Shown: positions 9,271-16,951 of the stretch, one piece after another
Layout of the letters: the number at the start of each line of letters is the position of its first letter
Position numbering within the stretch: position 1 is the first letter of the stretch
NCBI GenBank assembly: GCA_041660165.1
Contig: JBAZWW010000001.1
Location: 105,035-169,034 of the forward strand
Origin: Patescibacteria group bacterium
Lineage (GTDB): Bacteria > Patescibacteriota > Patescibacteriia > UBA9934
Length of the DNA: 64,000 bases
Direction: 5' to 3'
Made by a program: the position numbers and the translations under genes
Notes under the pieces: generated by a model
Databases searched by the model: none
Told to the model about the DNA's origin: nothing
The model's input: the letters and a program-made list of their open reading frames with translations, nothing else

Positions 9271-9924
9271 ATGTCTTCTATGATTCATGGTCTTCGAATA
9301 GTTTTTATAGCCTTGATCGGAACAGCCCTGGCAGGATTTCTTTTGCTGTTTTCGGTTATTATGATCGAGGGGAAACGGCATGATGTGAAGGCTGATCTTC
9401 AGGCCATTGCTCCGCAGAATGTAGCGATTGTTTTTGGCGCAGGAATCAAACGAGACAATACGCCATCTGATGCCTTAGAAGATAGGTTGATCGTAGCGGC
9501 GAGGCTCTATCATGCTGGTCAGGTCAAAACGATTCTTGTTTCCGGCGACAACCGATTTAAAAATTATTCCGAGCCGGACGTGATGCGGGATGCGCTTGTT
9601 GAGCGCATGGGCGTAGATGCAAAAGACATTCAGGCTGATTACGCCGGACGCCGGACGTATGACACTTGTATTCGAGCAAAAAAACTTTGGGGAGTTGATC
9701 ACGCCATTCTAATTTCACAAGATTTTCATCTTCCGCGAGCCATCTGGACCTGTGATAAATTAGGTATTGAAAGTTCCGGCGCTTCAGCCTCACTCCGTCC
9801 CTACATGTTTGCCGTGGATTATCGTGCTCGAGAAATTCTGGCCGATCTGAACGCCTTTATTAACGTCTATATTTGGCATCCTGGGTACGTGGGAGGGGAG
9901 TTTGTGACGGATATTGATCCGTAA
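9271..9924 (+). CDS. sanA: SanA/YdcF (DUF218) family envelope protein
   Basis: N-terminal TM segment, then IVFGAGI...LVSGDNRFKNYSEPDVMRD...ILISQDFHLPRA, characteristic of SanA/DUF218. Confidence 0.75.
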   Translation: MSSMIHGLRIVFIALIGTALAGFLLLFSVIMIEGKRHDVKADLQAIAPQNVAIVFGAGIKRDNTPSDALEDRLIVAARLYHAGQVKTILVSGDNRFKNYSEPDVMRDALVERMGVDAKDIQADYAGRRTYDTCIRAKKLWGVDHAILISQDFHLPRAIWTCDKLGIESSGASASLRPYMFAVDYRAREILADLNAFINVYIWHPGYVGGEFVTDIDP

Positions 9925-9983
9925 TTGAAACACCCCGCCGTTAGCGACCCATGGGGGCGTTTCATCGGCGGGATGACGGCGGG
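9925..9983 (+). repeat. Island boundary repeat, copy 1
   Basis: TTGAAACACCCCGCCGTTAGCGACCCATGGGGGCGTTTC starts directly at the sanA stop. It differs by 2 mismatches in 39 nt from the copy at 12768. Confidence 0.6.
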
Positions 9984-10011
9984 AGGCTTAGGCGCATGGC
10001 CCGAAGCCTCA

Positions 10012-10431
10012 CCAGAAGTGATTCCGTAAGGCATGGCAGGTAGCTGCCAAAAGCTGGCTAAGCTTTTTTCTGGCCCGTATATTTCTAAGCTCTGAGGGTT
10101 GCGCCGGTGAAGCAGGATATTCGGTGAGAACTTCCGGCACCGGGCGCGGAATGAAACGCACGACGCAGTCACGGATCAGCCCTTCCAGGCTGACTCCCAT
10201 GCGCTCCTGTCCGCGCTCCGACCAGGTGATGCGCACGCGGACGGGGGCGCCGTTTGAGCGTTCGTGCTTTGGCCTGTACTTGATGACGATGTCGTCCGGC
10301 TTGCAGGGGAACCCGGCGGTAGTACAGACCGCGCTCAGCTCTTTCTGCAGACGGGCTTGTTGATGGCCGGTCAGCACATCCATACTCCATTGCACGTCTC
10401 CCAAGCAGTTGAGGATTTCAACAGTGGGCAT
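10012..10431 (-). CDS. Hypothetical protein with 4-OT/tautomerase-like N-terminus
   Basis: Starts MPTVEILNCLGDV... (a Pro-1 pattern). A strong AGGGAGGG Shine-Dalgarno lies 5 nt upstream. The gene is GC-rich. The ORF-track extension to 10683 is probably spurious. Confidence 0.4.
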
Positions 10432-10490
10432 TGGACCCTCCCTGGCGTGTTGAGAAGCGATTACACGCGAACAAAATACGCCTCCCACGT

Positions 10491-10550
10491 AAAGCGTCAA
10501 GTACAAAACACCCCGCCTGCGCGCGATCCTCGGTCGAGGTGTTTCGCGGT
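10491..10550 (+). repeat. Island repeat, copy 1b
   Basis: GTACAAAACACCCCGCC...GGTGTTTCGCGGTAGCGGGGTG. Confidence 0.5.
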
Positions 10551-10583
10551 AGCGGGGTGCAGGTGATGGTTGTGGGATGGCGG

Positions 10584-10958
10584 CTACATCCCGAGACAGG
10601 CCTTTTCGATGACTCCATTTTTGACGATGAAGTCGGTTCCCGAGTTCGGATCGATGTAGACGATTCCAGCGTCCCTCGGCCAATCTGCATGAAGAGTGGC
10701 GTAGGTTACGGCGACGAGCACAAGATCGGTTCGAAGAGTAGCTAGCGGTTCGTCCGTCTTGATTGCTTCTACGACGCCGTATGCATGATCCGTTCCTTTG
10801 CGGGTGATACGCACGACTCGATGCAGATCGTATTCAACTATGACACCGCCCGCTGACCAGACGATGCTTTTGAGGAGTGGAACAGGCAGGTGGCGATGGC
10901 TACGACCACATGCATCAAGGTAGTAGTGGATACATTCTTGAACGAGTGTAAATTCCAT
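10584..10958 (-). CDS. Hypothetical protein, 124 aa, GC-rich
   Basis: Reasonable amino-acid composition. GGAG lies 5 nt upstream of the MEFTLVQE start, and a TATACT -10-like box is further upstream. Confidence 0.4.
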   Translation of the reverse strand: MEFTLVQECIHYYLDACGRSHRHLPVPLLKSIVWSAGGVIVEYDLHRVVRITRKGTDHAYGVVEAIKTDEPLATLRTDLVLVAVTYATLHADWPRDAGIVYIDPNSGTDFIVKNGVIEKACLGM

Positions 10959-11110
10959 GGGGTCTCCATATCGAACCATTCAGTATAGCAAAAAAATACG
11001 AATTTGTCAATAATTCCGCTAACATTAGATAGAAAAACTACCAAGAGCTCCTCAGCGAACGCTAGTCAAAGACCATTGAAAAACAAGTGCCGGTCTTTCA
11101 ATACGCATAA

Positions 11111-11182
11111 TGTACATTTTGTTCAAATTGAAACACCCCGCTCGTCAGCTGGCCCGGAGGGGTGTTTCGCTGTGGCGGGGCG
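11111..11182 (+). repeat. Island repeat, copy 2
   Basis: TGTACATTTTGTTCAAATTGAAACACCCCGC-loop-GGGGTGTTTCGCTGTGGCGGGGCG. Confidence 0.6.
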
Positions 11183-11207
11183 TACGTGGCAGATGCCAGT
11201 AGTCGAG

Positions 11208-11549
11208 CTACGCGCTCGTGGGCGCAGGGGCCTTGATGGCCAGGAGCTCTTCGACCGTTTTTTCGATGATCTGGTCGAGCAGTCCGCCGGGCGCGGTGAT
11301 CTGCTCCAGGGTGACCGGCTTCATTCGCTTGAGGTCGTCGTAGACGTCCTCCATGAGGTCGAGAGTTGCGCCGACCTTGAGCGGGATGTCGTTCACGGCG
11401 AGCACATTGATCGTTTCGATCTCGCGGACGATGCCCTGCATGGGCGTCTCGCCGTTCGCCGACACCTCGGCGCAGAAGCGCGTGATGCAGGAGCGGATGA
11501 AGGCCGTGATCATGGCAACTTCTTCGGGGATGAGACCTGACGGTGGCAT
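11208..11549 (-). CDS. Hypothetical protein B, 113 aa, paralogous to the adjacent gene
   Basis: A GGAG Shine-Dalgarno precedes the start. Its C-terminus ...LLDQIIEKTVEELLAIKAPAPTSA resembles ...VLDQLRSEITAIKIPEPANV of the upstream gene. Confidence 0.55.
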   Translation of the reverse strand: MPPSGLIPEEVAMITAFIRSCITRFCAEVSANGETPMQGIVREIETINVLAVNDIPLKVGATLDLMEDVYDDLKRMKPVTLEQITAPGGLLDQIIEKTVEELLAIKAPAPTSA

Positions 11550-11622
11550 GAAAACTCCAATAGGCGGATTGCCTGCCTATAAAGTAAGCATTTTTTTGCA
11601 CCCAGTCAACGGTAGACCCTGG

Positions 11623-11955
11623 CTAGACGTTGGCCGGCTCAGGAATCTTGATAGCCGTGATTTCCGACCGGAGCTGGTCGAGCACGGTGTTGATTGCGTC
11701 CCTGAACTCTTCGATCGTTTTCGGGGCCAGGACCGCCAGCTCCACGTAGCACTGCCGGTGGAACCCAAGGTAGCGTTCTTGGAGGGTGGTGGGCTTGTCG
11801 TCGAGTATCTGGTCAATCATCCGGATGACGGTCCAGATCTTGTCGACGGGTTGGCTCTTTTCCTTATCGATCGTTTGTCCCAGCCGAATCGCCGACGAAG
11901 CGAACGTGTCGAAGTGCCCGTCCAATTCCTTCAAAGTGACGTCAATCGGTTGCAT
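11623..11955 (-). CDS. Hypothetical protein A, 110 aa, paralogous to the downstream gene
   Basis: A strong GGAGG Shine-Dalgarno lies 4 nt upstream. The protein is non-repetitive and of balanced composition. Confidence 0.6.
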   Translation of the reverse strand: MQPIDVTLKELDGHFDTFASSAIRLGQTIDKEKSQPVDKIWTVIRMIDQILDDKPTTLQERYLGFHRQCYVELAVLAPKTIEEFRDAINTVLDQLRSEITAIKIPEPANV

Positions 11956-12039
11956 GAGACCTCCGTGAGCATGGCTCCTGGAAAGGGTAGGCGTTTGCTT
12001 CTACCGCGTCAACGGTGTTTGGTTATTGATTAAATATAT

Positions 12040-12095
12040 TACATAAGATGCTTATGTATTTTTTGAATGGGTAATTTGTACAAATTGTACAAATT
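12040..12095. promoter_or_regulatory. Promoter/operator region of higBA with two palindromes
   Basis: TACATAAG-atg-CTTATGTA (12040-12058) and AATTTGTACAAATTGTACAAATT (12073-12095) lie 55-110 bp upstream of higB. Confidence 0.4.
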
Positions 12096-12125
12096 GAAAC
12101 ACCCCGTCGATAGCAGCCATCATTC
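12073..12125 (+). repeat. Island repeat, copy 3 (left half only)
   Basis: AATTTGTACAAATTGTACAAATTGAAACACCCCGTCG... has no matching right arm. Confidence 0.4.
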
Positions 12126-12168
12126 GGCCATTGACACATAGTAACGCGTGGCGTTATCATTGGAACGT

Positions 12169-12453
12169 ATGATTCAATCGTTCGCCGATGCAGATACGAA
12201 GCATATTTTCCAACGGGATCTCATTAAGAGGTTTCCAACGTGGCTGCAGAAGATTGCGTTAAGAAAACTTCTGCATATTCACGCCGCTCACCGGCTTGAT
12301 GATCTGAAAGTCCCGCCGGGTAATCGTCTTGAGAAACTCAAAGGCAAGGACGGAGACAAGCACAGCATCCGAGTAAACGATCAATGGCGGTTGCGCTTCA
12401 AATGGAAAGATAGCGACGCCTATGAAGTTTGTTTAATCGATTACCACGACTAA
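12169..12453 (+). CDS. higB: HigB toxin (RelE/ParE superfamily)
   Basis: MIQSF....PPGNRLEKLKGKDGDKHSIRVNDQWRLRFKWKDSDAYEVCLIDYHD matches the HigB killer-protein consensus. The ORF-track GTG start at 12148 is trimmed to the ATG. Confidence 0.8.
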   Translation: MIQSFADADTKHIFQRDLIKRFPTWLQKIALRKLLHIHAAHRLDDLKVPPGNRLEKLKGKDGDKHSIRVNDQWRLRFKWKDSDAYEVCLIDYHD

Positions 12454-12454
12454 T

Positions 12455-12751
12455 ATGAAAAAACAAAAACCCATTCATCCTGGCGAAATCCTCCTTGAAG
12501 ATTTTCTTCTGGCGATGGAGATCACTCAGTATCGTTTGGCAAAGGATATTAGCGTGCCTGCTCGCCGAATCAACGAAATCGTTCACGGCAACCGCGCCAT
12601 TAGCCCGGACACCGCGCTTCGACTGGCAAAGTATTTTGGCACCAGTCCCGAATTCTGGATGAATCTCCAGGCTCATTATGATCTTGAGCTACTCAATGAG
12701 AGTTGGTCGAAAACCATCGAGAAACAGGTGCGAGTATTTCAACCGGCGTAA
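12455..12751 (+). CDS. higA: HigA antitoxin (XRE-type HTH)
   Basis: IHPGEILLEDFL...ITQYRLAKDISVPARRINEIVHGNRAISPDTALRLAKYFGTSPEFWMNLQ is the canonical HigA sequence. The gene begins 2 nt after the higB stop. Confidence 0.85.
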   Translation: MKKQKPIHPGEILLEDFLLAMEITQYRLAKDISVPARRINEIVHGNRAISPDTALRLAKYFGTSPEFWMNLQAHYDLELLNESWSKTIEKQVRVFQPA

Positions 12752-12767
12752 AGTACAATTTGTACAA

Positions 12768-12822
12768 AATGAAACACCCCGCCGTTAGCGACCCATGGGG
12801 GTGTTTCGCTGTGGCGGGGTGA
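12768..12822 (+). repeat. Island boundary repeat, copy 4
   Basis: ATGAAACACCCCGCCGTTAGCGACCCATGGGGGTGTTTCGCTGTGGCGGGGTG, preceded by AATTTGTACAAAA. Confidence 0.6.
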
Positions 12823-12854
12823 CGAAGGAGATACGTTTCGCGGACGTTGGAGCG

Positions 12855-13121
12855 TTATTCGTTATCAGTGAACTTTGGGCTTTCGACGCCGAGTTCAATG
12901 AGCGTCTGGTGTGCTTTTTTGTGCTCGTCATCGGTGTTGTACACCAGGCCGCCGCAGAGCCTGCAGTCGCTCCACATGACGCTCATATGGACGATGCCGT
13001 TATTCGAGCGTCTGCGAAGAGATATTGCGCCTTTGATCTTTTGCACCGCCGTTTCGATGCGCCTTTTTTCTAGAAATTTGTTGAACTTCTCTTCTGGAGT
13101 GACGGCTTTTTCTTCGCCCAT
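12855..13121 (-). CDS. Hypothetical 88-aa protein with an H..CxxC..HxxxH cluster
   Basis: GGAGG lies 4 nt upstream of ATGGGCGAAGAA. The upstream part of the ORF-track prediction is discarded. Confidence 0.55.
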   Translation of the reverse strand: MGEEKAVTPEEKFNKFLEKRRIETAVQKIKGAISLRRRSNNGIVHMSVMWSDCRLCGGLVYNTDDEHKKAHQTLIELGVESPKFTDNE

Positions 13122-13182
13122 GATGCCTCCTATAGTGAGGCTAGCACATTTCGGAGTCTTAGGGTATGATCCTGCCACTTTT

Positions 13183-14631
13183 ATGGACCATGGAGATGTC
13201 ATTATCAGATTTGAGGCCGTGTCCTTTGGATACGACGCGGAAAACATGCTTTTAGACGAGGCAGATTTTTCGGTGAGAGAGAACTCGAAAATGACCGTCA
13301 TGGGGCAGAACGGGGCGGGGAAGAGCACGATTTTTAAATTATTGACGGGCGCTTTGAAGCCGGATAGGGGCGAGATTCATATCAAGCAGGGGGCGAGTAT
13401 TGCCATCGCTACGCAGGTCATGCCGAGAGAGAAGCTCGAGCATACTGTCCGCGAGTTTTTTGCGAGTGCCTTCTCGGAAAAACACCACAACCTCGACAAA
13501 CTGATTACGGATGTACTCGTCGTAGTAAATCTCAAGGCACCACTCGATAAGAAGATCAAAGAATTTTCGGGGGGCCAGCAAGCTCGTCTTCTTCTCGCTT
13601 ATGCACTCATTCAAGAGCCGGACATTCTGCTTCTAGACGAGCCGACGAACAATCTTGACGCTGACGGCATTGCCGAGCTCACGGCTTTCTTGATCATGTA
13701 CGAAAAAACGGTGCTCGTTATTTCCCACGACGCGGATTTCTTGAACTCGTTCACGGACGGCGTGCTTCACCTTGACGTGTATACCGGCAAGGTTGATCGC
13801 TACGAGGGCAACTATGTAGACGTTGTCAAAGAGATCACGGCGCGGGTTGAGCGCGAGCAGATGAAGAACGCCAGACTATTAAAAGAAATCCAAGATAGAA
13901 AGGATAAGGTGAACTTCTTTGCGCACAAAGGAGGCAAGATGCGAAAACTCGCCAGCAAGCTCAAGGACCAGGTCGAGGAAGCCGAGGAAAACATGGTCGA
14001 GGTCAAGCGCGATGACAGAACCATCCGCGATTTTCAGATTCCGGCGCAGGCTTGGAATGACAACGTGTTGTCCATTACCTCAGTTAAGGTCATAAAGAAT
14101 CACGAGGCCGAGGAGAAGCCGGTTAAGATATATCTACGCAAGGGCCAGCGCCTGCTGATCACCGGACCAAACGGTATTGGCAAGAGCACGTTTTTACGAT
14201 CTCTCTCCGCCGGGGAAGCTGGTTCGAACATTGCTAAGGGTGTTGCCGTCGGCTATTATCGCCAGGATTTTTCCGGCCTCGACTTCAATAAGAGCGCCTA
14301 TGACTCGCTGGCTGAAATGATGCACCAGCCGGATAATGAAACGATCAGAAAAACGGGCGCCCATTTCCTCCTGAACGGCGACGCGCTCGCCACCAAAGTT
14401 GGCAGTCTATCTGAGGGACAGAAGGGTTTGCTCTGCTTCGCCCGGTTCGTACTCCAGAAGCCGGGCCTCCTAATTCTCGACGAGCCGACTAATCACATTA
14501 ACTTCCGCCACCTGCCAATTATTGCTAAGGCTATTGAGAATTATGAGGGGGCCATTGTGATGGTGAGCCACGCGCCGGACTTTGTGAGCCAGATTAAGTT
14601 TGGCCAAACGCTTGACCTTTCTGCTTTGTAG
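13183..14631 (+). CDS. ABC-F family ATPase (two ABC domains, no permease)
   Basis: Two Walker A sites (GQNGAGKST, GPNGIGKST), two signature motifs (FSGGQQARL, LSEGQKGLL) and an inter-domain linker. The start is trimmed to the MDHGD ATG. Confidence 0.85.
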   Translation: MDHGDVIIRFEAVSFGYDAENMLLDEADFSVRENSKMTVMGQNGAGKSTIFKLLTGALKPDRGEIHIKQGASIAIATQVMPREKLEHTVREFFASAFSEKHHNLDKLITDVLVVVNLKAPLDKKIKEFSGGQQARLLLAYALIQEPDILLLDEPTNNLDADGIAELTAFLIMYEKTVLVISHDADFLNSFTDGVLHLDVYTGKVDRYEGNYVDVVKEITARVEREQMKNARLLKEIQDRKDKVNFFAHKGGKMRKLASKLKDQVEEAEENMVEVKRDDRTIRDFQIPAQAWNDNVLSITSVKVIKNHEAEEKPVKIYLRKGQRLLITGPNGIGKSTFLRSLSAGEAGSNIAKGVAVGYYRQDFSGLDFNKSAYDSLAEMMHQPDNETIRKTGAHFLLNGDALATKVGSLSEGQKGLLCFARFVLQKPGLLILDEPTNHINFRHLPIIAKAIENYEGAIVMVSHAPDFVSQIKFGQTLDLSAL

Positions 14632-14671
14632 GCTGTTTACGTTTCGGGCGCAGTGCTTGCCCTTGGCGGGC

Positions 14672-15577
14672 TTAGGCGGTTTTTCTTTTGCCGAATCGAA
14701 TCTTCCAATGACTCCCCGGGTACCAGACTCGCCTAATGCCAAAGCGCGTTTTGAAGAGCGAGTAGCCTATGTCGGATTGAAAGGGGAGCGGGTTCGGTCC
14801 GCACATGTCGCCAAAGTTGCAGAGGGCGAGTTGTTTTTCGCGAGAACGCTCGAACCAGAGATTAACAAGACCAGTCATGGCCTGGGATTGCTTTGCTTGG
14901 GGGAGATAGAAGCCAAGGATGTAGAAGCTCTGAGATGCCTCACGGCACTCGCCAGCTACAAAGCCGGCCACTATGCCGTGCTCACGCGATTCGGCGATCA
15001 TGACGTCAATGGTTTCGGGATGCTCTTTGAGATGGCGCTCGGCTAAAGTCCAGAAGGTGGAGCGCATACTCCGGGGGACGCTTGAATGAAAATAGGCAGA
15101 TTTGATTTCGTCGAGAAGGCCGAGGCGCAGGGTAACGTTTGATTGTTTCTGAAATGTTCTGAGATGTCGTTTCGCCTGCGTGCGCCAGTTGGCGGTGACA
15201 GGGCCCTCGGCGAGTATCTCGGCTATCCCATGGAGACGGGGAGGACCAAAGGCCTTGAAGCCGTGCGTGACGCTTCCACCGAGGAAGGCGGGAACCCATT
15301 CCTCGATTCGAATGAGAGAGAGCCCGCCCCCCTTCCCCCTCCCAGGATGGGCGGGGGAGTCACTGTGAAGCGGGTTGTTGTCCGTGGTGAAGGTGCGGTG
15401 CCAAGAGATGAGGGGATTCTTCATGACAACCGTGGTGAATCCGCGTTCATTCAAGGTAGCGTAGCCGGGGTCAATTTGGCCAAGTCCCGCCCAATGCGTG
15501 GCGTCATACGGAGGGAGTACGCCGGGGGTGAAGAGCGGGCAGACGTCATTCACGTATTTGAGGTCTTTGCGCTTCAT
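14672..15577 (-). CDS. GNAT-fold protein, possibly FemAB/BioF2-like
   Basis: The family call is weak and rests on C-terminal acetyltransferase-like blocks. Confidence 0.35.
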   Translation of the reverse strand: MKRKDLKYVNDVCPLFTPGVLPPYDATHWAGLGQIDPGYATLNERGFTTVVMKNPLISWHRTFTTDNNPLHSDSPAHPGRGKGGGLSLIRIEEWVPAFLGGSVTHGFKAFGPPRLHGIAEILAEGPVTANWRTQAKRHLRTFQKQSNVTLRLGLLDEIKSAYFHSSVPRSMRSTFWTLAERHLKEHPETIDVMIAESREHGIVAGFVAGECREASQSFYILGFYLPQAKQSQAMTGLVNLWFERSREKQLALCNFGDMCGPNPLPFQSDIGYSLFKTRFGIRRVWYPGSHWKIRFGKRKTA

Positions 15578-15582
15578 AAGCT

Positions 15583-16437
15583 ATGATGAGCAGTGTAAAT
15601 CGAATGACCGCTATGATCAATAAAGAAACTGGTATCCAAGCATCCGTCAGCGTCCTCTTTGTCCTCCTTGTGGCCGGGCTTGGTTCGTACTTTACTTCGC
15701 TTGGCCTCCATGGCTGGTATGGCGCGCTTGAACGCCCGGCCATCATCCCCGCGGGTCAGACCTTCGGCCTTGTGTGGACGGTGCTGTTTGTCCTTCTGGC
15801 TGTGTCGATCTTTCTTTCCTGGCGGTCAGTGCCAAAAACGTTTTTGCGAACGCTCGGCCGATTGTACCTAGTGAACGGCGGGCTGAACGTGCTGTGGTGC
15901 TACGTCTTCTTTTCAATGCATGAACTTGGCGGGGCGGCTATCACGGCCGTGTTGCTGGCGTTCTCCGTTTTTGTGTTGATCGCAGCGAACGTGAAAGTGT
16001 CGAAAATCGCTGCGGTACTTTTGATCCCGTATTTTCTTTGGACAAGTTTTGCTGTCTATTTGAGCGCGGATATCGCGTACATGAACAAAACGCCTACGGT
16101 CCCGCCTGTGCTCATCGGCAACCCCGTTGATGAGACTGTCCAATTCGACTTCGATAGCCCCGGCCAGCAAGGGTTTACCCTGTACGTGGGCGTGACCAGG
16201 ACGATTGACTCACACGCGTCAATCAAACTTCTACGCGTAGATGACTCCCATTGTCCCGCAGACGTGAAGTGCATTTGGGCGGGGGAGCTCTCGCCCGTCT
16301 TCACGGTAACAGTTGACGGACAGAAGACCGAGTTAAAACTTGGCACCATGACCGCAGAGAAAGGCGGGGTTAGCGGGTATCACTTCACGCTTCTGGATGC
16401 TGGATTAGACTTTGCAAAAGTGAGTGTTGAGAGATAG
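15583..16437 (+). CDS. tspO: TspO/MBR family membrane protein with a C-terminal extra domain
   Basis: GLHGWYGALERPAIIPAGQTFGLVWTVLFVLLAVS and five TM helices identify TspO. An unassigned soluble domain of about 110 aa follows. Confidence 0.7.
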   Translation: MMSSVNRMTAMINKETGIQASVSVLFVLLVAGLGSYFTSLGLHGWYGALERPAIIPAGQTFGLVWTVLFVLLAVSIFLSWRSVPKTFLRTLGRLYLVNGGLNVLWCYVFFSMHELGGAAITAVLLAFSVFVLIAANVKVSKIAAVLLIPYFLWTSFAVYLSADIAYMNKTPTVPPVLIGNPVDETVQFDFDSPGQQGFTLYVGVTRTIDSHASIKLLRVDDSHCPADVKCIWAGELSPVFTVTVDGQKTELKLGTMTAEKGGVSGYHFTLLDAGLDFAKVSVER

Positions 16438-16455
16438 CGGTGTTGCTGTTCTGAT

Positions 16456-16616
16456 TCCTATCCCGTCCCGACCCTGAGTTCGACGAAGGGGAGGGATAGA
16501 ATTGGATGCCATTGGGAATCCTCGTCATCCTTGCTACCCCTCCTGTCGTCGGGGTGGGAACCACCGCAACGGCCAATCGGATCCTTCATCGCTGAAAGCT
16601 CCTCAGGATGACTGAA
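16456..16616. repeat. Dispersed nested-palindrome repeat, copy P (long form)
   Basis: It contains ...GGGAGGGATAGAATTGG...CCCCTCCTGTCGTCGGGGTGGGAACC and ends ...GCTGAAAGCTCCTCAGGATGAC. Confidence 0.55.
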
Positions 16617-16643
16617 TCGTTCAGGACGACAAAGACAAAACAA

Positions 16644-16675
16644 AAGGACCCCCGAATGGGGGTCCTTATTTGAAT
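16644..16675. terminator. Bidirectional intrinsic terminator
   Basis: GGACCCCC-gaat-GGGGGTCC is followed by TTATTTG. Confidence 0.6.
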
Positions 16676-16694
16676 GTACATTCTGAGCCCGGTC

Positions 16695-16895
16695 TTACTT
16701 CTGTGGCGGGGGATTAACCGGCTTAGGAGCTGGAGCTGGCGGAACTGGCTGACCTGGCTGTTGTCCATCGAATCGCATAATCTTTGCCGTTAAGAATAAC
16801 CAATGCCCATCCACCATAGAGCCAAGGGGAGGGGTGAACAATAAGTTATCCACATGGGGGCCTTTGAAGGCCCTGTTCATGGCCGAATAACCCAC
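16695..16895 (-). CDS. Small Pro-rich hypothetical ORF
   Basis: It ends right at the terminator hairpin but has no Shine-Dalgarno sequence. Low confidence. Confidence 0.2.
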   Translation of the reverse strand: MGYSAMNRAFKGPHVDNLLFTPPLGSMVDGHWLFLTAKIMRFDGQQPGQPVPPAPAPKPVNPPPQK

Positions 16896-16951
16896 AGTGT
16901 TTTACGACGCAACTACCGAATTTTATTATTCCCTAGGAAATTTGGATATTT

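Noticed and set aside
10584-10979. The 124/131-aa island ORF as aspartate 1-decarboxylase (PanD)
   Set aside because: Only a short LHRV..T....Y.G stretch resembles PanD. The spacing and the remainder do not align, and the N-terminus is about 40 aa too long.
10009-12033. Long GC-rich ORFs from the track: 10009..10683 upper part, 10264..10566, 10431..10745, 11004..11540, 11098..11601, 11353..12033
   Set aside because: They are Arg/Pro/Gly-rich and low-complexity. They lie antisense to, or overlap, better-supported genes that have Shine-Dalgarno sequences. This is typical of spurious ORFs in GC-rich DNA.
9925-12822. Could the GAAAC...GTTTC repeats be a CRISPR array?
   Set aside because: The units are spaced 550-700 bp apart and the intervening segments are protein-coding genes with their own Shine-Dalgarno sequences. 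Copies differ in loop sequence. No cas genes are nearby.
9925-12822. A canonical integron with attC sites
   Set aside because: No RYYYAAC inverse-core or GTTRRRY core motifs are present. The cassettes are in both orientations. No intI or attI is in the window. It is therefore retained only as attC-like or a novel site family in the findings.
12847-13182. N-terminal 112-aa extension of the ABC-F ORF
   Set aside because: The extension is antisense to the 88-aa gene, which has a strong Shine-Dalgarno sequence. ABC-F homology begins at MDHGDVIIRFEAV.
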